From contig OZ024749.1 in NCBI GenBank assembly GCA_964016885.1, positions 18,848,001-18,912,000 on the forward strand: DNA of 64,000 nt, given 5' to 3'. Origin of the DNA: Eledone cirrhosa (taxonomy: Eukaryota). Shown here piece by piece: positions 13,971 to 28,900 of this stretch (position 1 is the first letter of the stretch; each line of letters starts with the position of its first letter). The notes under the pieces were generated by a model. That model ran no database searches, was not told the origin of the DNA, and saw nothing but the letters and a program-made list of their open reading frames with translations. Position numbers and translations under genes: made by a program.

Positions 13971-16900
13971 TGATGGCAGTGATGACAGTGATGGTAGTGA
14001 TGACAGTGATGGTAGTGATGACAGTGAAGGTAGTGATGGTAGTGATGACAGTGATGACAGTGATGACAGTGATGGTAGTGATGGTAGTGATGGCAGTGAT
14101 GGTAGTGATGACAGTGATGGTAGTGATGACAGTGATGACAGTGATGGTATTGAAGGTAGTGATGGTACTGATGACAGTGATGGCAGTGATGACAATGATG
14201 GTAGTGATGGCAGTGATGACAGTGATGACAGTGATGGCAGTGATGATAGTGATGGCAGTGATGGTAGTGATGACAGTGATGACAGTGATGGAAGTGATGA
14301 CAGTGATTACAGTGATGGCAGTGATGGCAGTGATGGCAGTGATGACAGTGATGGCAGTGATGGCAGTGATGGCAGTGATGGCAGTGATGACAGTGATGGC
14401 AGTGATGGCAGTGATGGTAGTGATGGCAGTGATGACAGTGATGGTAGTGATGGCAGTGATGGTAGTGATGACAGTGATGGTAGTGATGGCAGTGATGGTA
14501 GGGATGACAGTGATGGTAGTGATGGCAGTGATGACAGTGATGGTAGTGATGGCAGTGATGGTAGTGATGACAGTGATGGTCGTGATGACAGTGATCGTAG
14601 TGATGACAGTGATGACAGTGATGGTAGTGATGACAGTGATGACAGTGATGGTAATGATGACAGCGATGACAGTGATGACAGTGATGGCAGTGATGACAGT
14701 GATGGTAGTGATGACAGTGATGGTAGTGATGACAGTGATGACAGTGATGGCAGTGATGACAGTGATGGTAGTGATGACAGTGATGGCAGTGATGACAGTG
14801 ATGGTAGTGATGACAGTGATGACAGTGATGGCAGTGATGGTAGTGATGACAGTGATGACAGTGATGGCAGTGATGACAGTGATGGTAGTGATGACAGTGA
14901 TGACAGTGATGGTAGTGATGACAGTGGTGACAGTGATGAGTGATGGTAGTGAGGACAGTGATGGTAGTGATGGTAGTGATGGCAGTGATGACAGTGATGG
15001 TAGTGATGGCAGTGATGACAGTGATGATAGTGATGGCAGTGATGACAGTGATGGTAGTGATGACAGTGGTGACAGTGATGACAGTGATGGTAGTGAGGAC
15101 AGTGATGGTAGTGATGGTAGTGATGGCAGTGATGACAGTGATGGTAGTGATGGCAGTGATGACAGTGATGATAGTGATGGCAGTGATGGTAGTGATGACA
15201 TTGATGACAGTGATGACAGTGATGACTGTGATGACAGTGATGGTAGTGATGACAGTGATGACAGTGATGGTAGTGATGACAGTGATGGCAGTGATGGTAG
15301 TGATGACAGTGATGACAGTGATGGTAGTGATGGTAGTGATGGCAGTGATGACAGTGATGGTAGTAATGACAGTGATGGTAGTGATGACAGTGATGGTAGT
15401 GATGGTAGTGATGACAGTGATGACAGTGATGGCAGTGATGACAGTGATGGTAGTGATGACAGTGATGGCAGTGATGGTAGTGATGACAGTGATGGTAGTG
15501 ATGACAGTGATGGTAGTGATGGTAGTGATGGAAGTGATGAGTGATGGCAGTGATGACAGTGATGGTAGTGATGACAGTGATGGTAGTGATGACAGTGAAG
15601 GTAGTGATGGTAGTGATGACAGTGATGACAGTGATGGTAGTGATGGCAGTGATGGTAGTGATGACAGTGATGACAGTGATGGCAGTGATGATAGTGATGG
15701 TAGTGATGACAGTGATGACAGTGATGGTATTGAAGGTAGTGATGGTACTCATGACAGTGATGGCAGTGATGACAGTGATGGTAGTGATGGCAGTGATGGC
15801 AGTGATGATAGTGATGGTAGTGATGGCAGTGATGGTAGTGATGACAGTGATGACAGTGATGACAGTGATGGCAGTGATGACAGTGATGGCAGTGATGGCA
15901 GTGATGGCAGTGATGGTAGTGATGACAGTGATGGCAGTGATGACAGTGATGGTAGTGATGGCAGTGATGGTAGTGATGACAGTGATGGTAGTGATGGCAG
16001 TGATGGTAGGGATGACAGTGATGGTAGTGATGGCAGTGATGACAGTGATGGTAGTGATGGCAGTGATGGTAGTGATGACAGTGATGGTCGTGATGACAGT
16101 GATCGTAGTGATGACAGTGATGACAGTGATGGTAGTGATGACAGTGATGACAGTGATGGTAATGATGACAGCGATGACAGTGATGACAGTGATGGCAGTG
16201 ATGACAGTGATGGTAGTGATGACAGTGATGGTAGTGATGACAGTGATGGCAGTGATGACAGTGATGGTAGTGATGACAGTGATGGCAGTGATGACAGTGA
16301 TGGTAGTGATGACAGTGATGGTAGTGATGACAGTGATGACAGTGATGGCAGTGATGACAGTGATGGTAGTGATGACAGTGATGACAGTGATGGCAGTGAT
16401 GACAGTGATGGTAGTGATGACAGTGATGACAGTGATGGTAGTGATGACAGTGGTGACAGTGATGACAGTGATGGTCGTGATGGCAGTGATGACAGTGATG
16501 ATAGTGATGGCAGTGATGGTAGTGATGACATTGATGACAGTGATGACAGTGATGACTGTGATGACAGTGATGGTAGTGATGACAGTGATGACAGTGATGG
16601 TAGTGATGACAGTGATGACAGTGATGGCAGTGATGACAGTGATGGTAGTGATGACAGTGATGACAGTGATGGCAGTGATGACAGTGATGGTAGTGATGAC
16701 AGTGATGTTAGTGATGACAGTGATGGTAGTGATGACAGTGATGACAGTGATGACAGTGATGACAGTGATGGTAGTGATGACATTTATGACAGTGATGGCA
16801 GTGATGGAAGTGATGGTAGTGATGACAGTGATGGCAGTGATGACAGTGATGACAGTGATGGTAGTGATGACAGTGATGACAGTGATGGTAGTGATGGCAG

Positions 16901-19900
16901 TGATGGTAGTGATGGCAGTGATGACAGTGATGACAGTGATGGTAGTGATGACAGTGATGACAGTGATGACAGTGATGAGAGTGATGACAGTGATGGTAGT
17001 GATGACAGTGATGGTAGTGATGACAGTGATGACAGTGATGACAGTGATGGTAGTGATGACAGTGATGACAGTGATGGCAGTGATGACAGTGATGGTAGTG
17101 ATGACAGTGATGGTAGTGATGACAGTGATGGTAGTGATGACAGTGATGGCAGTGATGGAAGTGATGGTAGTGATGACAGTGATGACAGTGATGGCAGTGA
17201 TGACAGTGATGGTAGTGATGACAGTGATGGCAGTGATGGCAGTGATGACAGTGATGGTAGTGATGGTAGTGATGACAGTGATGGTAGTGATGACATTGAT
17301 GGTAGTGATGGTACTGATGACAGTGATGTTAGTGATGACAGTGATGACAGTGATGACAGTGATGGTAGTGATGACAGTGATGGTAGTGATGACAGTGATG
17401 GTAGTGATGGTAGTGATGGCAGTGATGGTAGTGATGACAGTGATGGTAGTGATGGCAGTGATGGTAGTGATGACAGTGATGGTAGTGATGACAGTGATGG
17501 CAGTGATGGTAGTGATGACAGTGATGACAGTGATGGTAGTGATGGTAGTGATGGCAGTGATGACAGTGATGACAGTGATGGTAGTGATGGTAGTGATGAC
17601 AGTGATGACAGTGATGGCAGTGATGACAGTGATGACAGTGATGGTAGTGATGACAGTGATGGCAGTGATGGTAGTGATGACAGTGATGGTAGTGATGACA
17701 GTGATGACAGTGATGGTAGTGATGGTAGTGATGGAAGTGATGACAGTGATGGCAGTGATGACAGTGATGGTAGTGATGACAGTGATGGTAGTGATGACAG
17801 TGAAGGTAGTGATGGTAGTGATGACAGTGATGACAGTGATGACAGTGATGGTAGTGATGGTAGTGATGGCAGTGATGGTAGTGATGACAGTGATGACAGT
17901 GATGGCAGTGATGATAGTGATGGTAGTGATGACAGTGATGACAGTGATGGTATTGAAGGTAGTGATGGTACTGATGACAGTGATGGCAGTGATGATAGTG
18001 ATGGTAGTGATGGCAGTGATGGTAGTGATGACAGTGATGACAGTGATGACAGTGATGGCAGTGATGACAGTGATGGCAGTGATGGCAGTGATGGTAGTGA
18101 TGACAGTGATGGCAGTGATGACAGTGATGGTAGTGATGGCAGTGATGGTAGTGATGACAGTGATGGTAGTGATGGCAGTGATGGTAGGGATGACAGTGAT
18201 GGTAGTGATGGCAGTGATGACAGTGATGGTAGTGATGGCAGTGATGGTAGTGATGACAGTGATGGTCGTGATGACAGTGATCGTAGTGATGACAGTGATG
18301 ACAGTGATGGTAGTGATGACAGTGATGACAGTGATGGTAATGATGACAGCGATGACAGTGATGACAGTGATGGCAGTGATGACAGTGATGGTAGTGATGA
18401 CAGTGATGGTAGTGATGACAGTGATGACAGTGATGGCAGTGATGACAGTGATGGTAGTGATGACAGTGATGGCAGTGATGACAGTGATGGTAGTGATGAC
18501 AGTGATGGTAGTGATGACAGTGATGACAGTGATGGCAGTGATGACAGTGATGGTAGTGATGACAGTGATGACAGTGATGGCAGTGATGACAGTGATGGTA
18601 GTGATGACAGTGATGACAGTGATGGTAGTGATGACAGTGGTGACAGTGATGACAGTGATGGTAGTGAGGACAGTGATGGTAGTGATGGTAGTGATGGCAG
18701 TGATGACAGTGATGGTAGTGATGGCAGTGATGACAGTGATGATAGCGATGGCAGTGATGGTAGTGATGACATTGATGACAGTGATGACAGTGATGACTGT
18801 GATGACAGTGATGGTAGTGATGACAGTGATGACAGTGATGGTAGTGATGACAGTGATGACAGTGATGGCAGTGATGGTAGTGATGACAGTGATGACAGTG
18901 ATGGTAGTGATGGTAGTGATGGCAGTGATGACAGTGATGGTAGTAATGACAGTGATGGTAGTGATGACAGTGATGGTAGTGATGGTAGTGATGACAGTGA
19001 TGACAGTGATGGCAGTGATGACAGTGATGACAGTGATGGTAGTGATGACAGTGATGGCAGTGATGGTAGTGATGACAGTGATGGTAGTGATGACAGTGAT
19101 GACAGTGATGGTAGTGATGGTAGTGATGGAAGTGATGACAGTGATGGCAGTGATGACAGTGATGGTAGTGATGACAGTGATGGTAGTGATGACAGTGAAG
19201 GTAGTGATGGTAGTGATGACAGTGATGACAGTGATGACAGTGATGGTAGTGATGGTAGTGATGGCAGTGATGGTAGTGATGACAGTGATGACAGTGATGG
19301 CAGTGATGATAGTGATGGTAGTGATGACAGTGATGACAGTGATGGTATTGAAGGTAGTGATGGTACTGATGACAGTGATGGCAGTGATGACAGTGATGGT
19401 AGTGATGGCAGTGATGACAGTGATGACAGTGATGGCAGTGATGATAGTGATGGTAGTGATGGCAGTGATGGTAGTGATGACAGTGATGACAGTGATGGCA
19501 GTGATGACAGTGATGGCAGTGATGGCAGTGATGGTAGTGATGACAGTGATGGCAGTGATGACAGTGATGGTAGTGATGGCAGTGATGGTAGTGATGACAG
19601 TGATGGTAGTGATGGCAGTGATGGTAGGGATGACAGTGATGGTAGTGATGGCAGTGATGGTAGTGATGGCAGTGATGGTAGTGATGACAGTGATGGTCGT
19701 GATGACAGTGATCGTAGTGATGACAGTGATGACAGTGATGGTAGTGATGACAGTGATGACAGTGATGGTAATGATGACAGTGATGACAGTGATGGCAGTG
19801 ATGACAGTGATGGTAGTGATGACAGTGATGGTAGTGATGACAGTGATGGCAGTGATGACAGTGATGGTAGTGATGACAGTGATGGCAGTGATGACAGTGA

Positions 19901-22900
19901 TGGTAGTGATGACAGTGATGACAGTGATGGCAGTGATGACAGTGATGGTAGTGATGACAGTGATGACAGTGATGGCAGTGATGACAGTGATGGTAGTGAT
20001 GACAGTGATGACAGTGATGGTAGTGATGACAGTGGTGACAGTGATGACAGTGATGGTAGTGAGGACAGTGATGGTAGTGATGGTAGTGATGGCAGTGATG
20101 ACAGTGATGGTAGTGATGGCAGTGATGACAGTGATGATAGTGATGGCAGTGATGGTAGTGATGACATTGATGACAGTGATGACAGTGATGACTGTGATGA
20201 CAGTGATGGTAGTGATGACAGTGATGACAGTGATGGTAGTGATGACAGTGATGACAGTGATGGCAGTGATGACAGTGATTACAGTGATGACAGTGATGGC
20301 AGTGATGACAGTGATGGTAGTGATGACAGTGATGTTAGTGATGAGTGATGGTAGTGATGACAGTGATGACAGTGATGACAGTGATGGTAGTGATGACATT
20401 TATGACAGTGATGGCAGTGATGGAAGTGATGGTAGTGATGACAGTGATGGCAGTGATGGCAGTGATGACAGTGATGACAGTGATGGTAGTGATGACAGTG
20501 ATGACAGTGATGGTAGTGATGGCAGTGATGACAGTGATGGTAGTGATGACAGTGATGACAGTGATGACAGTGATGAGAGTGATGACAGTGATGGTAGTGA
20601 TGACAGTGATGGTAGTGATGACAGTGATGACAGTGATGACAGTGATGGTAGTGATGACAGTGATGACAGTGATGGCAGTGATGACAGTGATGGTAGTGAT
20701 GACAGTGATGGTAGTGATGACAGTGATGGTAGTGATGACAGTGATGGCAGTGATGGAAGTGATGGTAGTGATGACAGTGATGACAGTGATGGTAGTGATG
20801 ATAGTGATGACAGTGATGACAGTGATGGCAGTGATGACAGTGATGACAGTGATGACAGTGATGGTAGTGATGACATTGATGACAGTGATGACAGTGATGG
20901 TAGTGATGGCAGTGATGACAGTGATGACAGTGATGGTAGTGATGACAGTGATGACAGTGATGACAGTGATGAGAGTGATGACAGTGATGGTAGTGATGAC
21001 AGTGATGACAGTGATGGTAGTGATGACAGTGATGGTAGTGATGACAGTGATGGTAGTGATGACAGTGATGGCAGTGATGGAAGTGATGGTAGTGATGACA
21101 GTGATGACAGTGATGGCAGTGATGACAGTGATGGTAGTGATGGTAGTGATGACAGTGATGGCAGTGATGGAAGTGATGGTAGTGATGACAGTGATGACAT
21201 TGATGGCAGTGATGACAGTGATGGTAGTGATGACAGTGATGGTAGTGATGACAGTGATGGCAGTGATGACAGTGATGTTAGTGATGACAGTGATGGTAGT
21301 GATGACAGTGATGGCAGTGATGACAGTGATGGTAGTGATGACAGTGATGGTAGTGATGACAGTGATGGCAGTGATGGTAGTGATGGTATTGATGACAGTG
21401 ATGGTAGTGATGACAGTGATGACAGTGATGACAGTGATGGCAGTGATGACAGTGATGGCAGTGATGACAGTGATGGCAGTGATGACAGTGATGACAGTGA
21501 TGGTAGTGATGACAGTGATGACAGTGATGGTAGTGATGACAGTGATGGCAGTGATGACAGTGATGGTAGTGATGACAGTGATGGTAGTGATGACAGTGAT
21601 GGCAGTGATGGTAGTGATGACAGTGATGAGTGATGACAGTGATGACAGTGATGGCAGTGATGGCAGTGATGGTAGTGATGACAGTGATGACAGTGATGGT
21701 AGTGATGACAGTGATTGTAGTGATGACAGTGATGGCAGTGATGACAGCGATGACAGCGATAGTAGCGATGACAGTGATGACAGTGATGGTAGTGATGGCA
21801 GTGATGACAGTGATGGTAGTGATGGTAGTGATGGTAATGATGACAGTGATGACATTGATGACAGTGATGGCAGTGATGGTAGTGATGACAGTGATGGCAG
21901 TGATGGCAGTGATGACAGTGATGAGAGTGATGGCAGTGATGGCAGTGATGACAGTGATGGTAGTGATGACAGTGATGAGTGATGACAGTGATGGCAGTGA
22001 TGGCAGTGATGGTAGTGATGACAGTGATGACAGTGATGGTAGTGATGACAGTGATGGCAGTGATGAGTGATGACAGTGATGACAGTGATGGTAGTGATGA
22101 CAGTGATGGTAGTGATGACAGTGATGGTAGTGATGGCAGTGATGACAGTGATGGTAGTGATGACAGTGATGGTAGTGATGACAGTGATGGCAGTGATGAC
22201 AGTGATGGTAGTGATGACAGTGATGGTAGTGATGACAGTGATGGCAGTGATGACAGTGATGGCAGTGATGACAGTGATGGTAGTGATGATAGTGATGGCA
22301 GTGATGGTAGTGATGACAGTGATGACAGTGATGGCAGTGATGACAGTGATGGCAGTGATGGTAGTGATGGTACTGATGACAGTGATGGTAGTGATGACAG
22401 TGATGGTAGTGATGACAGTGATGGTAGTGATGGCAGTGATGGTAGTGATGAGAGTGATGACAGTGATGACAGTGATGACAGTGATGGTAGTGATGACAGA
22501 GATGGTAGTGATGACAGTGATGGCAGTGATGGCAGTGATGACAGTGATGACAGTGATGGTAGTGATGGTAGTGATTACAGTGATGGCAGTGATGACAGTG
22601 ATGGTAGTGATGACAGTGATGGCAGTGATGGCAGTGATGACAGTGATTACAGTGATGGCAGTGATGGCAGTGATGGCAGTGATGGCAGTAATGGCAGTGA
22701 TGACAGTGATGTCAGTGATGGTAGTGATGACAGTGATGGCAGTGATGGCAGTGATGACAGTGATGGTAGTGATGGTAGTGATGGTAGTGATGGTACTGAT
22801 GACAGTGATGGCAGTGATGACAGTGATGGTAGTGATGACAGTGATGGCAGTGATGACAGTGATGGTAGTGATGACAGTGATGACAGTGATGGCAGTGATG

Positions 22901-25900
22901 ACAGTGATGACAGTGATGGCAGTGATGGCAGTGATGACAGTGATGGTAGTGATGACAGTGATGGTAGTGATGACATTGATGACAGTGATGACAGTGATGG
23001 TAGTGATGACAGTGATGACAGTGATGGCAGTGATGGCAGTGATGACAGTGATGACAGTGATGGCAGTGATGGCAGTGATGACAGTGATGGTAGTGATGAC
23101 AGTGATGTTAGTGATGACAGTGATGACAGTGATGGTAGTGATGACAGTGATGACAGTGATGGCAGTGATGGCAGTGATGACAGTGATGGTAGTGATGACA
23201 GTGATGGTAGTGATGACATTGATGACAGTGACGGTAGTGATGACAGTGATGGCAGTGATGACAGTGATGACAGTGATGGTAGTGATGGTAGTGATGACAG
23301 TGATGGCAGTGATGGCAGTGATGACAGTGATGGTAGTGATGACAGTGATGGTAGTGATGGTAGTGATGGCAGTGATGGTAGTGATGACAGTGATGGTAGT
23401 GATGGCAGTGATGGTAGTGATGACAGTGATGGTAGTGATGACAGTGATGGCAGTGATGGTAGTGATGACAGTGATGACAGTGATGGTAGTGATGGTAGTG
23501 ATGGCAGTGATGATAGTGATGACAGTGATGGTAGTGATGACAGTGATGGTAGTGATGGTAGTGATGACAGTGATGACAGTGATGGCAGTGATGACAGTGA
23601 TGACAGTGATGGTAGTGATGACAGTGATGGCAGTGATGGTAGTGATGACAGTGATGGTAGTGATGACAGTGATGACAGTGATGGTAGTGATGGTAGTGAT
23701 GGAAGTGATGACAGTGATGGCAGTGATGACAGTGATGGTAGTGATGACAGTGATGGTAGTGATGACAGTGAAGGTAGTGATGGTAGTGATGACAGTGATG
23801 ACAGTGATGACAGTGATGGTAGTGATGGTAGTGATGGCAGTGATGGTAGTGATGACAGTGATGGTAGTGATGACAGTGATGACAGTGATGGTATTGAAGG
23901 TAGTGATGGTACTGATGACAGTGATGGCAGTGATGACAGTGATGGTAGTGATGGCAGTGATGACAGTGATGACAGTGATGGCAGTGATGATAGTGATGGC
24001 AGTGATGGTAGTGATGACAGTGATGACAGTGATGACAGTGATGGCAGTGATGACAGTGATGGCAGTGATGGCAGTGATGGTAGTGATGGCAGTGATGACA
24101 GTGATGGTAGTGATGGCAGTGATGGTAGTGATGACAGTGATGGTAGTGATGGCAGTGATGGTAGGGATGACAGTGATGGTAGTGATGGCAGTGATGACAG
24201 TGATGGTAGTGATGGCAGTGATGGTAGTGATGACAGTGATGGTCGTGATGACAGTGATCGTAGTGATGACAGTGATGACAGTGATGGTAGTGATGACAGT
24301 GATGGTAATGATGACAGCGATGACAGTGATGACAGTGATGGCAGTGATGACAGTGATGGTAGTGATGACAGTGATGGTAGTGATGACAGTGATGACAGTG
24401 ATGGCAGTGATGACAGTGATGGTAGTGATGACAGTGATGGCAGTGATGACAGTGATGGTAGTGATGACAGTGATGACAGTGATGGCAGTGATGGTAGTGA
24501 TGACAGTGATGACAGTGATGGCAGTGATGACAGTGATGGTAGTGATGACAGTGATGACAGTGATGGTAGTGATGACAGTGGTGACAGTGATGAGTGATGG
24601 TAGTGAGGACAGTGATGGTAGTGATGGTAGTGATGGCAGTGATGACAGTGATGGTAGTGATGGCAGTGATGACAGTGATGATAGTGATGGCAGTGATGAC
24701 AGTGATGGTAGTGATGACAGTGGTGACAGTGATGACAGTGATGGTAGTGAGGACAGTGATGGTAGTGATGGTAGTGATGGCAGTGATGACAGTGATGGTA
24801 GTGATGGCAGTGATGACAGTGATGATAGTGATGGCAGTGATGGTAGTGATGACATTGATGACAGTGATGACAGTGATGACTGTGATGACAGTGATGGTAG
24901 TGATGACAGTGATGACAGTGATGGTAGTGATGACAGTGATGGCAGTGATGGTAGTGATGACAGTGATGACAGTGATGGTAGTGATGGTAGTGATGGCAGT
25001 GATGACAGTGATGGTAGTAATGACAGTGATGGTAGTGATGACAGTGATGGTAGTGATGGTAGTGATGACAGTGATGACAGTGATGGCAGTGATGACAGTG
25101 ATGGTAGTGATGACAGTGATGGCAGTGATGGTAGTGATGACAGTGATGGTAGTGATGACAGTGATGGTAGTGATGGTAGTGATGGAAGTGATGAGTGATG
25201 GCAGTGATGACAGTGATGGTAGTGATGACAGTGATGGTAGTGATGACAGTGAAGGTAGTGATGGTAGTGATGACAGTGATGACAGTGATGGTAGTGATGG
25301 CAGTGATGGTAGTGATGACAGTGATGACAGTGATGGCAGTGATGATAGTGATGGTAGTGATGACAGTGATGACAGTGATGGTATTGAAGGTAGTGATGGT
25401 ACTCATGACAGTGATGGCAGTGATGACAGTGATGGTAGTGATGGCAGTGATGACAGTGATGACAGTGATGGCAGTGATGATAGTGATGGTAGTGATGGCA
25501 GTGATGGTAGTGATGACAGTGATGACAGTGATGACAGTGATGGCAGTGATGACAGTGATGGCAGTGATGGCAGTGATGGCAGTGATGGTAGTGATGACAG
25601 TGATGGCAGTGATGACAGTGATGGTAGTGATGGCAGTGATGGTAGTGATGACAGTGATGGTAGTGATGGCAGTGATGGTAGGGATGACAGTGATGGTAGT
25701 GATGGCAGTGATGACAGTGATGGTAGTGATGGCAGTGATGGTAGTGATGACAGTGATGGTCGTGATGACAGTGATCGTAGTGATGACAGTGATGACAGTG
25801 ATGGTAGTGATGACAGTGATGACAGTGATGGTAATGATGACAGCGATGACAGTGATGACAGTGATGGCAGTGATGACAGTGATGGTAGTGATGACAGTGA

Positions 25901-28900
25901 TGGTAGTGATGACAGTGATGGCAGTGATGACAGTGATGGTAGTGATGACAGTGATGGCAGTGATGACAGTGATGGTAGTGATGACAGTGATGGTAGTGAT
26001 GACAGTGATGACAGTGATGGCAGTGATGACAGTGATGGTAGTGATGACAGTGATGACAGTGATGGCAGTGATGACAGTGATGGTAGTGATGACAGTGATG
26101 ACAGTGATGGTAGTGATGACAGTGGTGACAGTGATGACAGTGATGGTCGTGAGGACAGTGATGGTAGTGATGGTAGTGATGGCAGTGATGACAGTGATGG
26201 TAGTGATGGCAGTGATGACAGTGATGATAGTGATGGCAGTGATGGTAGTGATGACATTGATGACAGTGATGACAGTGATGACTGTGATGACAGTGATGGT
26301 AGTGATGACAGTGATGACAGTGATGGTAGTGATGACAGTGATGACAGTGATGGCAGTGATGACAGTGATGGTAGTGATGACAGTGATGACAGTGATGGCA
26401 GTGATGACAGTGATGGTAGTGATGACAGTGATGTTAGTGATGACAGTGATGGTAGTGATGACAGTGATGACAGTGATGACAGTGATGGTAGTGATGACAT
26501 TTATGACAGTGATGGCAGTGATGGAAGTGATGGTAGTGATGACAGTGATGGCAGTGATGACAGTGATGACAGTGATGGTAGTGATGACAGTGATGACAGT
26601 GATGGTAGTGATGGCAGTGATGACAGTGATGACAGTGATGGTAGTGATGACAGTGATGACAGTGATGACAGTGATGAGAGTGATGACAGTGATGGTAGTG
26701 ATGACAGTGATGGTAGTGATGACAGTGATGACAGTGATGACAGTGATGGTAGTGATGACAGTGATGACAGTGATGGCAGTGATGACAGTGATGGTAGTGA
26801 TGACAGTGATGGTAGTGATGACAGTGATGGTAGTGATGACAGTGATGGCAGTGATGGAAGTGATGGTAGTGATGACAGTGATGACAGTGATGGCAGTGAT
26901 GACAGTGATGGTAGTGATGACAGTGATGGCAGTGATGGCAGTGATGACAGTGATGGTAGTGATGGTAGTGATGACAGTGATGGTAGTGATGACATTGATG
27001 GTAGTGATGGTACTGATGACAGTGATGTTAGTGATGACAGTGATGACAGTGATGACAGTGATGGTAGTGATGACAGTGATGGTAGTGATGACAGTGATGG
27101 TAGTGATGGTAGTGATGGCAGTGATGGTAGTGATGACAGTGATGGTAGTGATGGCAGTGATGGTAGTGATGACAGTGATGGTAGTGATGACAGTGATGGC
27201 AGTGATGGTAGTGATGACAGTGATGACAGTGATGGTAGTGATGGTAGTGATGGCAGTGATGACAGTGATGACAGTGATGGTAGTGATGGTAGTGATGACA
27301 GTGATGACAGTGATGGCAGTGATGACAGTGATGACAGTGATGGTAGTGATGACAGTGATGGCAGTGATGGTAGTGATGACAGTGATGGTAGTGATGACAG
27401 TGATGACAGTGATGGTAGTGATGGTAGTGATGGAAGTGATGACAGTGATGGCAGTGATGACAGTGATGGTAGTGATGACAGTGATGGTAGTGATGACAGT
27501 GAAGGTAGTGATGGTAGTGATGACAGTGATGACAGTGATGACAGTGATGGTAGTGATGGTAGTGATGGCAGTGATGGTAGTGATGACAGTGATGACAGTG
27601 ATGGCAGTGATGATAGTGATGGTAGTGATGACAGTGATGACAGTGATGGTATTGAAGGTAGTGATGGTACTGATGACAGTGATGGCAGTGATGACACTGA
27701 TGGTAGTGATGGCAGTGATGACAGTGATGACAGTGATGGCAGTGATGATAGTGATGGTAGTGATGGCAGTGATGGTAGTGATGACAGTGATGACAGTGAT
27801 GACAGTGATGGCAGTGATGACAGTGATGGCAGTGATGGCAGTGATGGTAGTGATGACAGTGATGGCAGTGATGACAGTGATGGTAGTGATGGCAGTGATG
27901 GTAGTGATGACAGTGATGGTAGTGATGGCAGTGATGGTAGGGATGACAGTGATGGTAGTGATGGCAGTGATGACAGTGATGGTAGTGATGGCAGTGATGG
28001 TAGTGATGACAGTGATGGTCGTGATGACAGTGATCGTAGTGATGACAGTGATGACAGTGATGGTAGTGATGACAGTGATGACAGTGATGGTAATGATGAC
28101 AGTGATGACAGTGATGGCAGTGATGACAGTGATGGTAGTGATGACAGTGATGGTAGTGATGACAGTGATGACAGTGATGGCAGTGATGACAGTGATGGTA
28201 GTGATGACAGTGATGGCAGTGATGACAGTGATGGTAGTGATGACAGTGATGGTAGTGATGACAGTGATGACAGTGATGGCAGTGATGACAGTGATGGTAG
28301 TGATGACAGTGATGACAGTGATGGCAGTGATGACAGTGATGGTAGTGATGACAGTGATGACAGTGATGGTAGTGATGACAGTGGTGACAGTGATGACAGT
28401 GATGGTAGTGAGGACAGTGATGGTAGTGATGGTAGTGATGGCAGTGATGACAGTGATGGTAGTGATGGCAGTGATGACAGTGATGATAGCGATGGCAGTG
28501 ATGGTAGTGATGACATTGATGACAGTGATGACAGTGATGACTGTGATGACAGTGATGGTAGTGATGACAGTGATGACAGTGATGGTAGTGATGACAGTGA
28601 TGACAGTGATGGCAGTGATGGTAGTGATGACAGTGATGACAGTGATGGTAGTGATGGTAGTGATGGCAGTGATGACAGTGATGGTAGTAATGACAGTGAT
28701 GGTAGTGATGACAGTGATGGTAGTGATGGTAGTGATGACAGTGATGACAGTGATGGCAGTGATGACAGTGATGACAGTGATGGTAGTGATGACAGTGATG
28801 GCAGTGATGGTAGTGATGACAGTGATGGTAGTGATGACAGTGATGACAGTGATGGTAGTGATGGTAGTGATGGAAGTGATGACAGTGATGGCAGTGATGA

